The notes beneath the pieces were generated by a model, which was not told the origin of the DNA, did no database searches, and was given only the letters and a program-made list of their open reading frames with translations. Shown here piece by piece: positions 24,193-36,002 of a DNA stretch of 64,000 nucleotides. The stretch comes from Natator depressus (lineage: Eukaryota). The stretch lies in the NCBI RefSeq assembly GCF_965152275.1, contig NC_134234.1:39522920-39586919 (forward strand), read 5' to 3'. The stretch's first letter is position 1. Each line of letters starts with the position of its first letter. The position numbers were made by a program, and so were the translations under genes.

Positions 24193-25357
24193 GTGGGGGC
24201 GATAGAGGAGGTTCCAAGAGAGTCAAGGGGCAGGGGTTTTTACTCCCGCTACTTCCTAATCCCCAAGGCCAAGGGCAGGCTTCGGCCTATCCTGGACCTA
24301 CACGGACTCAACAAATTCATAGTAAAGTTGAAGTTCTGCATGGTCTCTCTAGGTACCATTATTCCTTCGTTAGATCCTGGAGACTGGTACGCCACCCTCG
24401 ACATGAAGGACGCATACTGCCACATTGTGATCTACCCAGTGCACAGACACTTCCTTCGTTTTGTGGTCAATCAACAGCACTTTCAATTCACCGTCCTTCC
24501 TTTTGGCTTATCTATGGCCCCCAGGGTGTTTTACCAAGTGTATGGCTCTTGTGGCTGCCTCCCTTCGTTGACAACGGATCCAGCTGTTCCCATACCTCGA
24601 CGACTGGTTTATTCGGGGCCACTCCAGGGATCAGGTGCAGTCTCATGTCCAGCTCACCATAAACATGTTCAATCGACTGGGCCTCCTGCTCAGTCACAAA
24701 ATCTACTCTGGTACCAACCCAGAAGATAGAATTCATAGGAGCAGTCTTAGACTCAGGCCTAGCCCGGGCACTTCTGCTGGAAGCACGCTTCCAATCCCAG
24801 GTGAACGTCGTCCACAGCCTGCAAAACTTCCCAACCTCGACCATGAAGACATGCCTGTGCCTCCTGGGACATATGGCCTCGTGCACGTATGTGACCATGC
24901 ACGCCAGGCTGCGGCTACGTCCACTCCAAGCCTGGCTATCAACAGTATACCGCTCGGGTCAGGACAGCTTGAGCACGGTGGTTACTGTCCCACCAGGATA
25001 TTCGCCTCTCTAGACTGGTGGCTGGACCCCAAATCAGTGTGCAAAGAGGTGCCATTTCACACCCCGCAGCCCTCCATGTCCCTAGTCACGGATGCGTCAT
25101 CCCTGGGATGGGGAGCCCACCTCGGGGTCCTCTGTACACAGGGGCTATGGTCGGCAGGAGAGTTATCCCTGCACATTAACGTACGGGAGCTCAGAGCTGT
25201 GCACCTGGTGTGTCAGGCATTGCAAGAGTGCATTCAGGGCCATTGTGTTGCAGTCCTCACAGACAACACAACAGCCATGTTTTACATCAACAAGCAAGGG
25301 GGAGCCCAGTCGTCCCCCCTCTGTCAGGAGGCCACTCATCTGTGGAATTCTGTATAG
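24193..25357 (+). CDS. DIRS reverse transcriptase - RNase H (split over two frames: 24193..24729 and 24635..25357)
   Basis: RT motifs YSRYFLIPKAKGRLRPILDLHGLNKFI, DMKDAYCHIVIYPVHRHFLRF, TVLPFGLSMAPRVF. RNase H motif TDASSLGWGAHLG...AVLTDNTTAMFYINKQGG. A frameshift near 24650-24730 separates the two ORFs. Confidence 0.8.
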
Positions 25358-25866
25358 CCCACTTGATCCATCTGGTGGTGTCATTTCTCCCAGGAGTCCA
25401 GAACACCTTAGCGGACCACCTCAGCAGATCATTTCAGACTCACGAGTGGTCGGTTCTCCCGGACATCATCCACTCTGTCTTCCTGAAGTGTGGCTTTCCC
25501 CTGATAGACCTATTCGCCTCTCGTGAGAATCGGAAATGCCAAGTGTTCTGCTCTCTACAAGGACGCTCTCCGGGTTCCCTGTCAGACACCTTCCTAATAC
25601 AGTGGAAGGATCACCTGTGCTACGCCTTCCCTCCATTCCCACTAGTCTACAGGGTCCTGCTCAAGCTGTGCAGGGACAGAGCCCGTCTGATTTTGGTTGC
25701 CCCGGCGTGGCCTAGGCAACACTGGTATACCACTCTCCTAGAGCTGTTGGTGGACACTCCAGTTCCACTCCCGCTGTGGACAGACCTGACCACTCAGGAC
25801 CACGGACAACTCTGTCATCCCGACCTGCAATCTCTCCACCTCACAGCGTGGATGCTGCATGGCTAA
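25210..25866 (+). CDS. DIRS methyltransferase-like (MT) domain ORF
   Basis: NTLADHLSRSF...EWSVLPDIIHSVFLKCGFPLIDLFASRENRKCQVFCSLQ...WKDHLCYAFPPFPLVYRVLLKL...LILVAPAWPRQHWYTTLLEL matches the conserved N..AD.LSR / IDLFAS / YAFPP / LV.P.W block that lies between RNase H and the recombinase in DIRS elements. Confidence 0.65.
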   Translation: MSGIARVHSGPLCCSPHRQHNSHVLHQQARGSPVVPPLSGGHSSVEFCIAHLIHLVVSFLPGVQNTLADHLSRSFQTHEWSVLPDIIHSVFLKCGFPLIDLFASRENRKCQVFCSLQGRSPGSLSDTFLIQWKDHLCYAFPPFPLVYRVLLKLCRDRARLILVAPAWPRQHWYTTLLELLVDTPVPLPLWTDLTTQDHGQLCHPDLQSLHLTAWMLHG

Positions 25867-26560
25867 CTCAATCTGAGTTGTGCTGCTCTCGCTTCGTACA
25901 GCAGGTCCTTTTGGGTAGCAGGAAGCCCTCTACCAGGTCCACGTACTTAGCCAAGTGGAAGCGTTTTTCCTGCTGGTGCACTCAGTCATATGGCCCCGGT
26001 ACAGGCGTCAGTACCTATCATCTTGGACTACCGCCTGTCCTTAAAACAGTAGGGCTTGGCGATTATCATCCATCAGAGTACACCTGGCAGCTATTTCGGC
26101 TTTCCACCCGGGCGAAAACGGGCGTTCGATCTTCTCCAATCCCATTGTCAGCAGATTTCTCAAGGGGTTGGAGCGCCTGTTCCCACGAATTTGACAACCG
26201 GTCCCTACGTGGGATCTTAACCTGGTTCTCTCCAAACTCATGGCTGCCCCGTTCGAGCTGATGGCCACCTGCTCACTCCTGTACCGTTCCTGGAAGACAT
26301 CCTTCCTTGTAGCTATCACTTTGGCAAGGTGCGTGTCTAAGTTCAGGGCACTCACATCAGAACCACCATATACAGTATTCCATAAGGACAAGGTACAGCT
26401 GCGACCCCACCTGGCTTTCCTCCCTAAGGTGGTGTCTGCCTTCCATCTCAACCAGGACATCTTCCTCCCTGTCTTCTACCCGAAGCCACATGACTCTCAA
26501 CGGGAACAACAGCTGCACTCCCTGGACGTTCGCAAGGCCCTCGCCTTCTACATCGAGTGA
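25776..26560 (+). CDS. DIRS tyrosine recombinase (split: 25776..26261 and 26240..26560)
   Basis: N-terminal SAM-like segment RKPSTRSTYLAKWKRFSCWC. Catalytic region ...VAITLARCVSKFRALTSEPPYTVFHKDKVQLRPHLAFLPKVVSAFHLNQDIFLPVFYPKPHDSQREQQLHSLDVRKALAFYIE. One frameshift near 26240-26260. Confidence 0.75.
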
Positions 26561-28851
26561 ATTAAACCTTTCAGGAAAACATTGCAGCTGTTTGTTGCTG
26601 TGGCAGACCAGATGAAGTCTCCTCCCAGTCCAGTCTCCTCCCAGCGCATCTTGTCCTGGATCACATCATGCGTCCGTTCGTGCTATCACTTGGCTGGTGT
26701 CCCAACTATGCACCTTACCACTCACTCCACATGGGCTCAGGCTTCATCTTCTGCTTTTCTGGCACACGTACCCATACAGGAGATATGTAGGGCAGCTACT
26801 TGGTCATTGGTGCATACCTTCGCCCACTAAGCGATAATTCAGCAGTCCGGGGTGATGCTGCATTTGGTTCAGCGGTCCTTTACTCGGCGACATCTCACTC
26901 CAACCCCACCGCCTAGGTAAGGCTTGGGAGTCACCTAATTGGAATCGATATGAGCAAGCACTCGAAGAAGAAAGACGGTTACTCACCTTTATAACTGTTG
27001 TTCTTCGAGATGTGTTGCTCATATCCATTCCAAACCCGCCCTCCTTCCCCTCTGTTGGAGTAGCCTGCAAGAAGGAACTGAGGGGGTGCTGGGGCATATA
27101 TCCGGCACCATGAAGGCGCCACTCCAGGGGGCGCCTCAGCTGACCCACCGAGTGTTGCTGGGGTAAAAATCTTCCGACGATCGTGCACGTGGCGTGCACA
27201 CACCTAATTGGAATGGATATGAGCAACACATCTTGAAGAACAACAATTACAAAGGTGAGTAACTGTCTTTTTTTAATCATTATTCAAATCAGCAAGGTGG
27301 AAATCTTGATTTAAATGACCTTTTTTTTTAGAATCATTTTTCATTTACTTTTTTGCATTGTATTTCTAAAGAGTTTGATTGTCATAGGTTGGTCACTATT
27401 AAAACATGTTGATTTGCCACTAAATACAGTCTTTAGACTACATTTGGTTCTTTTTGTTAAAGAGAAAATTATACTATGTATACTCATTTAAGCAATGATG
27501 TAACTTAATATACGTTTAGTCATCTTAAGATTCTTAGTTTTTTACTTTGTTAGAAAATGGTGAATGATACATTCCTTTACTAGATTATTTTTTACTTGTG
27601 ATTTATGTCAAGGTCTGTTTGGATGGAAATTCAATTAAAAATGTACAAAGCCAGCGTTTTAAATTTTTTTTAACCTACCTAAAATGTGCTGGTTACATAA
27701 GAAAAATGATTTATTTAAACAAAGGAAGTATGATCTGTAGTTAGTGAATTGAACTGTTTGTTTCTAGTTTCATGTTCTTCAAGATTTTACAAGTAGTAGG
27801 AATCTCATCTCACACCAAGTTTGTTTTTTTTAATTCATAGATTGGAAAAGGGAAACAAGCTTTCCATTTTCAACTCACAATTGGTTTCTTAACTTTGAAT
27901 GAACTGGAAGTCATTGAACTGAACTAGTTGAATAAACTGAAATGAAGAAAATATTCTCTCCATCTGCAGAAGAGGGTATTGCTATCAAAGGCTGGTTTAA
28001 TACTTCAGCAAACTCTGGTTCCAGGGGTTTAGCCAGTGACTTTCACCAGTTCATTGTTTTGATTTTCTTTAAAACTTGGCAGAAAAATGTACTGCTTAAT
28101 ATTTTTTGTATTCAATATATTATGATACCCTATGTTTATTTTTTAAAATCTACATTTAATTTTAATTTTTAAAAAATTTGATTTTTAATTTTTTAACTAT
28201 TCTTCTCCATCTGCACATCAAGATGTGAATGTTTTCATTGAGTAATAGCAAGATCTTTTTGTAACCTGTGGCTTCTATCACACTTTCTCCTCCCTATAGT
28301 TTGTCCTAATTTTAGACGTATCACAAGAAGGGAAACTGTAAGGTCTTTGAAACAGAGACTATGTGTATTTTTCATGCTAGAAAAGCACCCAGCATACTTG
28401 GGGTATTGAAAGAACAAGAAATGTGGATGCTAATAGTTTCTGCTCTCTTCCAATGTAAAGTAATTGTAGTATAAATTGCTTAAAGCTTTGATTGAAAAGT
28501 GCTAATGTTGGTGGTAATTTTACCATGTGAACATCTGTTCAATAGGAGCTGGACTAAGGGCACTAAACATTTTTAATGTAAGTTTGTGACAGATCAGATT
28601 ACTTTTATTCACTAGCAACCTTGTCTGGATTTTAAATCAGCAAATCAAATGTGAAAGGCTTTGTATCCCACTATAGGTCACCTGTGCTGTTCACTCTCCA
28701 TTTTATTATCCCCCTGTTCCCCACACTAATCTAATGTTAGTGATGGCTCTGGCAGAGAAATGCAGAACTCTGACTTTGGTTCTTGGCAGTTGAAAACTGA
28801 TCATTTCACTTTAATATAGCATAGCACTTTAATTTTATCTTTTGCCTTCAG

Positions 28852-28957
28852 TACCAGGAAAAGGAAGTAAAGAAAAATGAAATAAAAGAAAAACCTCAGA
28901 AACGATATGACTCCGAAAAGGAAGAAAAAGGCAGAAAAGAGCAGAAGGGATTAAAAA
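28852..28957 (+). CDS. MPHOSPH8: MPHOSPH8 exon 4
   Basis: Acceptor ttgccttcag ends at 28851. Encodes YQEKEVKKNEIKEKPQKRYDSEKEEKGRKEQKGLK (human: ...KEKYQKRHDSDKEEKGRKEPKGLKTLK). GTAAGT donor at 28958. Phase 1 carries over to exon 5. Confidence 0.8.
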
Positions 28958-29899
28958 GTAAGTTATAATCAAGGGTTTTGCACAGTTAGAGAGAACAAAG
29001 AGCTTTTAGACCAGTGGTCCCCAACCAGTTGATCCTGGAGCCTCTGAGTGGCAATCCTGGTCTTAGTCCCCCATCTCGTCCCGCCACCCCCTTCAGGATC
29101 ACAGCCAGCTAGGGGAGTACATCCCATCCACCCTACCATGCTCTCAGCCAAAGAGGTGGTTTTCCAACAGTAGACGGTGCTTTAACAAAGTGCACGCTGC
29201 AGGGACAGTACAGCCCAAATGCTAGATGCGCCCGCTGAACTCACAGTACAGCTGAGATGCGGCTCTCTATCCGAAGCACAGGCTGCAATGCCAGTCAAAG
29301 GAAGCCCCAGTTTGAGAACTGTCCTGATTAAACAAGCAGCCGCAGACAGGTTAATTTACACACATGCAAGGCGCATACCAACCCCATCCCAAACAGATCA
29401 TCAGCCTTAGCCTAACAGAGACTGCAGGGTGTTAACAACAACAGCCACCTTGGTAATTGTCATGACATGAAATGAAATACTCCAGTCTCCTGACTGGGGC
29501 TTTGAAATACCATTAATGGAACAGAGCCTGTTTCCAGTGCAAAACCTGGTGCTCCCAGCCAGGCAGGGGAACGAAATAATTGATTGCCTTCTCGCTATGA
29601 ATTCAAAATGGTGTTTGATGTCCGGTCATTCATTGTTGTAACTGGAATAACAACACAATTCATTTGGCTAATTTGGGATGATGAATGAGCCATTTGGGGT
29701 GCCATTAATGCTGAATAAGGAGAAGGGACTGGCAGGGAAGAGGCTGCACTAATCTCAGAGAGGGGAGGGACAGTGCTTCTGCCTTCCCGAAGAAAATCCA
29801 GTCACTTCCCAGGGTGTTCAGCAAGGCTGTTTTGAAAGTTCAGTGGTCATGTTTTACTAAACCAGCAGCAAAAGGGGAGGCTTCTACTGAAGCATCGTT

Positions 29900-30897
29900 T
29901 CGTGTTTGCCGTCTGCTGGCAAAACACAAGAAATAGTTTACGGATGGAGAAGTATTTAAAGAGGCAATGACTGTGGCAGCGGACTCCTTATTTAAAGATT
30001 TCAAAAACAAAAATAAAGAGGAAATAATGACGGCAATTCAGAGCATATCACTTGGTGCTTCCATAGTAGCAAGACGGGTGGAATGTTTGTCCGAAGACCT
30101 CTTTCAGCAGCTACCGCAGGATTTGAATGACTGTGGATGCTTTTCACTGCAGTTTGATGAATCAGTTGACGTGACTGACACAGCCCAAGTAGTTATTTTT
30201 GTTCAAATGGTTTTTAAGGATGAGATAACTAAAGACTGTTTTGCCTCTTAAAGAGAGAACAAGAGGTGAAGATATCTACAACGAATTCAAAAAGTACATG
30301 CTTGAGAGAGTCATTCCAATCAAGTAACTTGTTTTGATCATAACGGATGGTGCACCCTCCATACTTGGCGCACATGCAGGCTTTATTGCATTTTGCAGAA
30401 ATGATCCAGATTTTCCTTCATTTGTGAATTACCACTGTATAATCCACCAGCAAGCAGTAGCGAGTTAAGTTATGGACTTCTCATATGTAATGAAAATAAC
30501 AGAATTGTAAACTTGATTGGCGCAAGAGCCTTCCAGCACTGCCTGTTTTAAATCTTTACTTGACGAAGTGGATACTGCTTACGGTGAGCTGCTCCTCCAT
30601 GCAGATGTGAGGTGGTTAAGCAGGGGGAAAGTCCTGCAACGATTTTTTGGATCTAATGCCCAAAATCGTCACTCTTCTGAAATCGAGGAATAAAGTGTGC
30701 AATGAGATGTCAGACAATGCATGGCTGCTAGACTTCAGGTTCCTTACTGACATAACGTCCAAATGGAACGAACTGAACTGCGAACTGCAGGGAAAGGACA
30801 GACTTATCACATATGATCAGTGCGGTGAATGCATTCAAATTGAAACTGAGTCTGTGATCCTCCCAGTTAAAGGATAAAATGCTGCAACACTTCCCGA
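29900..30897 (+). mobile_element. hAT (Tip100/Charlie-like) DNA-transposon remnant, 5' part, interrupted by a CR1 insertion
   Basis: ORF 29967..30251 (...CFSLQFDESVDVTDTAQVVIFVQMVFKDEITKD...) is a hAT transposase core. The downstream frames carry the decayed catalytic region (ITDGAPSILGAHAGFIAFC...HCIIHQQA). The element continues at 32789 on the far side of the CR1. Confidence 0.6.
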
Positions 30898-32788
30898 GTC
30901 TGGAGAAAATAGAATCATAGAATATCAGGGTTGGAAGGGACCTCAGGAGGTCATCTAGTCCAACCCCCTGCTCAAAGCAGGACCAATCCCCAATCAAATC
31001 ATCCCAGCCAAGGCTTTGTCAAGCCTGACCTTAAAAACTTCCAAGGAAGGAGATTCTACCACCTCCCTAGGTAACGCATTCCAGTGTTTCACCACCCTCC
31101 TAGTGAAAAAGTTTTTCCTAATATCCAACCTAAACCTCCCCCACTGCAACTTGAGACCATTACTCCTTGTCCTGTCCTCTTCTACCACTGAGAATAGTCT
31201 AGAACCATCCTCTCTGGAACCACCTCTCAGGTAGTTGAAAGCAGCTATCAAATCCCCCCTCATTCTTCTCTTCTGCAGACTAAACAATCCCAGTTCCCTC
31301 AGCCTCTCCTCATAAATCATGTGTTCCAGACCCCAATCATTTTTGTTGCCCTTCGCTGGACTCTCTCCAATTTATCCATATCCTTCTTGTAGTGTGGGGC
31401 CCAAAACTGGACACAGTACTCCAGATGAGGCCTCACCAATGTTGAATAGAGGGGAACGATCACGTCCCTCGATCTGCTCGCTATGCCCCTACTTATACAT
31501 CCCAAAATGCCATTGGCCTTCTTGGCAACAAGGGAACACTGCTGACTCATATCCATCTTCTTGTCCACTGTAACCCCTAGGTCCTTTTCCTCAGAACTGC
31601 TGCCTAGCCATTCGGTCCCTAGTCTGTAGCTGTGCATTGGGTTCTTCCGTCCTAAGTGCAGGACCCTGCACTTATCCTTATTGAACCTCATCAGGTTTCT
31701 TTTGGCCCAATCCTCCAATTTGTCTAGGTCCCTCTGTATCCTATCTCTGCCCTCCAACGTATCTACCACTTCTCCCAGTTTAGTATCATCCGCAAATTTG
31801 CTGAGTGTGCAATCCACACCATCCTCCAGATCATTTATGAAGATATTGAACAAAACCGGCCCCAGGACCGACCCCTGGGGCACTCCACTTGACACCGGCT
31901 GCCAACTAGACATGGAGCCATTGATCACTACCCGTTGAGCCCGACAATCTAGCCAACTTTCTACCCACCTTATAGTACATTCATCCAGCCCATACTTCTT
32001 TAACTTGCTGACAAGAATACTGTGGGAGACCGTGTCAAAAGCTTTGCTAAAGTCAAGAAACAATACATCCACTGCTTTCCCTTCATCCACAGAATCAGTA
32101 ATCTCATCATAGAAGGCGATTAGATTAGTCAGGCATGACCTTCCCTTGGTGAATCCATGCTGACTGTTCCTGATCACTTTCCTCTCGTGTAAGTGCTTCA
32201 GGATTGATTCCTTGAGGACCTGCTCCATGATTTTTCCGGGGACTGAGGTGAGGCTGACTGGCCTGTAGTTCCCAGGATCCTCCTTCTTCCCTTTTTTAAA
32301 GATTGGCACTACATTAGCCTTTTTCTAGTCATCTGGGACTTCCCCCGTTCGCCACGAGTTTTCAAAGATAATGGCCAATGGCTCTGCAATCACATCCGCC
32401 AATTCCTTTAGCACTCTCGGATGCAACTCGTCCGGCCCCATGGACTTGTGCACGTCCAGCTTTTCTAAATAGTCCCTAACCACCTCTTTCTCCACAGAGG
32501 GCTGGCCATCTACTCCCCATGTTGCGATGCCCAGCGCAGCAGTCTGGGAGCTGTCCTTGTTAGTGAAGACAGAGGCAAAAAAAGCATTAGCTTTTTCCAC
32601 ATCCTCTGTCACTAGGTTGCCTCCCTCATTCAGTAAGGGGCCCACACTTTCCTTGGCTTTCTTCTTGTTGCCAACATACCTGAAGAAACCCTTCTTGTTA
32701 CTCTTGACATCTCTTGCTAGCTGCAGCTCCAGGTGCGATTTGGCCCTCCTGATTTCATTCATACTAGAAAAAATTGAAGACAAAGGAA
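30898..32788 (-). mobile_element. CR1 LINE, 5'-truncated, with intact-looking RT C-terminal ORFs
   Basis: The minus-strand 3' end carries (ATTCTATG)n, seen as catagaatcatagaat on the + strand at 30898-30915. ORFs 32325..32783(-), 31317..32309(-) and 30994..31320(-) encode classic CR1 ORF2 (HKSMGPDELHPRVLKELADVIAEPLAIIFENSW; [48 protein letters not shown]; FADDTKL; [21 protein letters not shown]). Confidence 0.9.
31317..32309 (-). CDS. CR1 ORF2 reverse-transcriptase domain
   Basis: 330-aa ORF with RT motifs ([38 protein letters not shown]). The upstream ORF 32325..32783(-) continues the protein across one frameshift or stop. Confidence 0.9.
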   Translation of the reverse strand: MPIFKKGKKEDPGNYRPVSLTSVPGKIMEQVLKESILKHLHERKVIRNSQHGFTKGRSCLTNLIAFYDEITDSVDEGKAVDVLFLDFSKAFDTVSHSILVSKLKKYGLDECTIRWVESWLDCRAQRVVINGSMSSWQPVSSGVPQGSVLGPVLFNIFINDLEDGVDCTLSKFADDTKLGEVVDTLEGRDRIQRDLDKLEDWAKRNLMRFNKDKCRVLHLGRKNPMHSYRLGTEWLGSSSEEKDLGVTVDKKMDMSQQCSLVAKKANGILGCISRGIASRSRDVIVPLYSTLVRPHLEYCVQFWAPHYKKDMDKLERVQRRATKMIGVWNT

Positions 32789-33250
32789 AATGGTTCCACC
32801 CAGAAACATTCTGTGCACAGCTGACAAATTAGCAGAGGAATTCAACAGGCTATTTCAAGAATTACACATGATGATTGACTCCATCATGTCTATCTCAAAT
32901 CCATTCCTTCCAGCAGACATTGGTGGGTTGGCTGCAACAATCAGGTGTTTGATTTACAAAGTAGTGGAATTGATATGGAGATAATTACCATGCAAAGTGA
33001 CATTGAGCTGAAAGCCAGATCAAGGGGGAGCGATTTTTGGGGACTCATAAACCAAGACAAGTATACCCTTCTATTGTCCTGTGCTTTAAAAGTGAAAGCT
33101 TGCTTTGGTTCCACCTATCTGTGTGAGATGGCGTTTTCACAAATGAAGATTATCAAGTCCAAGTATCGCACCCGCCTCACAGATGCACATCTGCAGGACT
33201 GCATCTGACTAGCTATTTCAAATTACAACTCGAATTTCAAGACATTGGTA
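32789..33250 (+). mobile_element. hAT (Tip100/Charlie-like) remnant, 3' part with hATC dimerisation domain
   Basis: ORFs 32790..32984 and 32945..33208 encode ...SDFWGLINQDKYTLLLSCALKVKACFGSTYLCEMAFSQMKIIKSKYRTRLTDAHLQDCI, the C-terminal domain of hAT-Tip100/Charlie transposases (STYLCE.AFS....IKTK.RNRL...). Same element as 29900-30897, split by the CR1. Confidence 0.6.
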
Positions 33251-34269
33251 GATAATGTGCAGTTACAGATGCCACGCTGAGACTCAGTAAGCAGGGAAAA
33301 TGTATAATTATGTATATTAAGCAATTGATCTCCACTTTATATAACATCATAAAATGTTGTTTCTACATTTTCTTTGAGGTAAATCCTGGGTTGTACTTAA
33401 ATTCAAAAGGTGATCTTGTGCTTAAAAAGGTTAGAGACCTGTTTTACATCAATAAAGCCTATCCAGTCCTACAGAGTAGAATATAGTTCTATATATAATA
33501 TAGAATGCACATGAGAATTTACACTTATGCTATACTTAATGTTAGCTTCATTGCACCTTTTAGTACTTTGGTTCTGGTGGCTTTTCAAGAAGTAAAAGCA
33601 ACTCCATGACTTAACATTTGGTGGTTTTGTAATTTCTTAATTTCACTTTCTAGATTTATTTTTTACATCCTATACTTTAAATCTTAGAACACAGCTGAAT
33701 ATTAAAATCCAATGCATCTTCTCCACCTTGAATTGCAGATTCTTCTTCTCTTCCCCTCTAGGAGTGTCAGCCATATTTGCATATCATACTCTTAGTAATA
33801 AACTGTGTGTGCTTATGTCATGTTTTAAGACTGGGTATTCCAGGAGTTGTTCTACCCTGTAGACGCACCTGTTGAATGTTAGGGGAGTGTTTACTGAGCT
33901 TTCTCTGACTGTTTTCTTGATGGCTGTTACTGCAGTTTAGAGTATGAGTAAGTTCATGGTTCATGTGCTGTAGCTCACAAAGATAAGTTGGTGACTCTGA
34001 AACCTCAGAAGATTCTCTCTCAGCCTGGTGACAGATTTTCATTTAAAACAGTATAATAGACTGGTGATGTTCTCAGGCCTACTTCACTTAGTAAAATTAT
34101 ATAAAAATGTGTTCTGAAATTATGGTTAATATTTTGGAGCCACTGACCCTGGCAGTGGCTGCCTGCCATAACTCTTAGTACCAGCTAGGTTGAGAGAAAC
34201 ACCGTTGGGCCTTTCTTTAAAAAGATTAAGGTTCATGTCTTGAATTAGGCTTAAATTTTTTTACCGTAC

Positions 34270-35990
34270 ATAGAATCATAGAAATGTAGAATTGCAGTGG
34301 ACCTTGAGGTCTTCTAGTCCAGTCCCCTGCAAACAAGGCAGGACTAAGTATTATCTAGACCAGGGGTCGGCAACCTATGGCACGTGTGCCAAAGGCGGCG
34401 CGCGAGCTGATTTGCAGGGGCACTCACACTGCCCGGGTCCTCGCCACCCGTCTGGGGGGCTCTGCATTTTAATTGAAGCTTCTTAAACATTTTTAAAACC
34501 TTATTTACTTTACATACAACAACAGTTTAGTTATATATTATAGACTTATAGAAAGAGACCACCTAAAAATGTTAAAATGTATTACTGGCACACAAAACTC
34601 TTAAATTTGAGTGAATAAATGAAGACTCGGCACACCACTTCTGAAAGGTTGCCGACCCCTGATCTAGACCATCCCTGGCAGGTGTTTGTCTAACCTGCTC
34701 CTAAAAACCTCAAATGAAGGAGATTTCACAACCTTCCCAGGCAGTTTATTTCCGTGCTTAACTATCCTGACAAGAAGTGTTTCCTAATGTCCAGCCTAAA
34801 GTCCCTTGCTGCAATTTAAGAACATAAAACCAGCCACACTGGGTCAGACCAAATGTCCATCTAGCCCAGTAGTCTGGCTTCTGACAGTGTTCAATGCCAA
34901 GTGCTTCAGAGGGAATGAACAGAACAGGTAATCATCAAGGGATATATCCCCTGTTGCCAATTCCTAGCTTCTGGCAAACAGAGGCTAGGGACACCATCCC
35001 TGCCCATCCTGGCTAATAACTATTGATGGACCTATCCTCCATGAATTTATCTAGTTTTTTTTTAACCTTATTATAGTCTTGGCCTTCACAACATCCTTTG
35101 ACAAAGAGTTCCACAGGCTGACTGTGCATTGTGTGAAGAAATACTTCCTTTTGTTTGTTTAAAACCTGCTGTCTATTAATGTCATTTGGTGAACCCCCAG
35201 TTCTTGTGTTATGAGAGAGTAAATAACGCTTCCTTATTTACTTTTTCCACACCAGTCAGGATTTTATAGACCTCTTATCATATCCCCCCCTTAGTTGTCT
35301 CTTTTACAAGATGAAAAATCCCAGTCGTTTTTAATCTCTCCTCATATGGCAGCTGTTCCGTATCCCTAATAATTTTTGTTGCCCTTTTCTGTATGTATGC
35401 CTATTCCAATTCTTTTTTTTATGTATTCTTTTTTGAGATGGGTGACCAGATTTGTACGCAGTATTTAAGATATGGGCATGCCATGGATTATATAAACACA
35501 CTATATTTTCTGTCTCATTATCTATCCCTTTCCTAATGATTCTCCCAACATTCTGTTTGCTTTTTTGACGGCTGAGCGGATTGAGCGGGAACATTGAGTG
35601 GATGTTTTCAGAGAACTATCCACAATGACTCCAAGATATTTTTCTTGAGTGATAACAGCTAATTTAGACCCCATCATTTTATATGTATAATTGGGATTAT
35701 GTTTTCCGATGTGCATTACTTTGCATTTATCAACATTGAGTTTCATCTGCCATTTTGTTCCCCAGTCACCCAGTTTTGTTAGATACTTTTGTAGCTCAAA
35801 GGCTGTTAAACTGGGAGTGGGACTGTTTTGCTGTGTCCCGGAAAGTCTCATCTATGTACCTCTGTCACCCATAGCTCCAGTTCGGCCACTCTGGTCTCTG
35901 AGGGCCAGAAGCAACTTGCACCAAATGCGCGTGCACACCGCCCTCCCAGTAGGCTCATTCTTTCTTGTCCTGTCCTCAGAGGTTAACTAA
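34270..35990 (-). mobile_element. Second CR1-like LINE, degenerate, carrying a MITE insertion
   Basis: The + strand starts catagaatcatagaaatgtagaat, the reverse complement of the CR1 3' octamer repeat. ORFs 35522..35851(-) and 35331..35594(-) encode the CR1 RT C-terminal region (WQMKLNVDKCKVMHIGKHNPNYTYKMMGSKLAVITQEKYLGVIVDSSLKTSTQCSRSIRSAVKKANRMLG). Interrupted by the MITE at 34361-34661. Confidence 0.7.
34361..34661. mobile_element. MITE (301 bp) with perfect 15-bp TIRs CAGGGGTCGGCAACC and 8-bp TSD ATCTAGAC (hAT-like)
   Basis: Left end caggggtcggcaacctatggcacg, right end ...gaaaggttgccgacccctg. The flanking atctagac is present on both sides (34353-34360 and 34662-34669). Inserted into the CR1 3' region, so it is younger than that CR1. 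Confidence 0.85.
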
Positions 35991-36002
35991 AACAGTTTTT
36001 CT

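Larger units (their letters stand above)
21128..27246 (+). mobile_element. Full-length DIRS-like tyrosine-recombinase retrotransposon with ITRs and internal complementary region
   Basis: The left ITR (about 21128-21360) and right ITR (about 27040-27246) are inverted and about 90% identical (ttaccccagcaacactcagtgggtcgg...ggcgccttcatggtgccggatatatgc versus gcatatatccggcaccatgaaggcgcc...ccgagtgttgctggggtaa). The ICR at 26943-27035 (ggaatcgatatgagcaagcactcgaagaag + gttgttcttcgagatgtgttgctcatatccattcc) is complementary to the outer tips of both ITRs. Internal ORFs on the + strand cover gag-like, RT (LPFGLSMAPRVF), RNase H (TDASSLGWGA), DIRS methyltransferase-like and tyrosine-recombinase domains. 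Confidence 0.85.

Noticed and set aside
26041-26460. 139-aa antisense ORF inside the DIRS recombinase region, with a similar antisense ORF in the remnant copy (60970..61155)
   Set aside because: The similarity between the two antisense ORFs follows from nucleotide conservation of the sense-strand recombinase gene. There is no independent evidence for an antisense protein.
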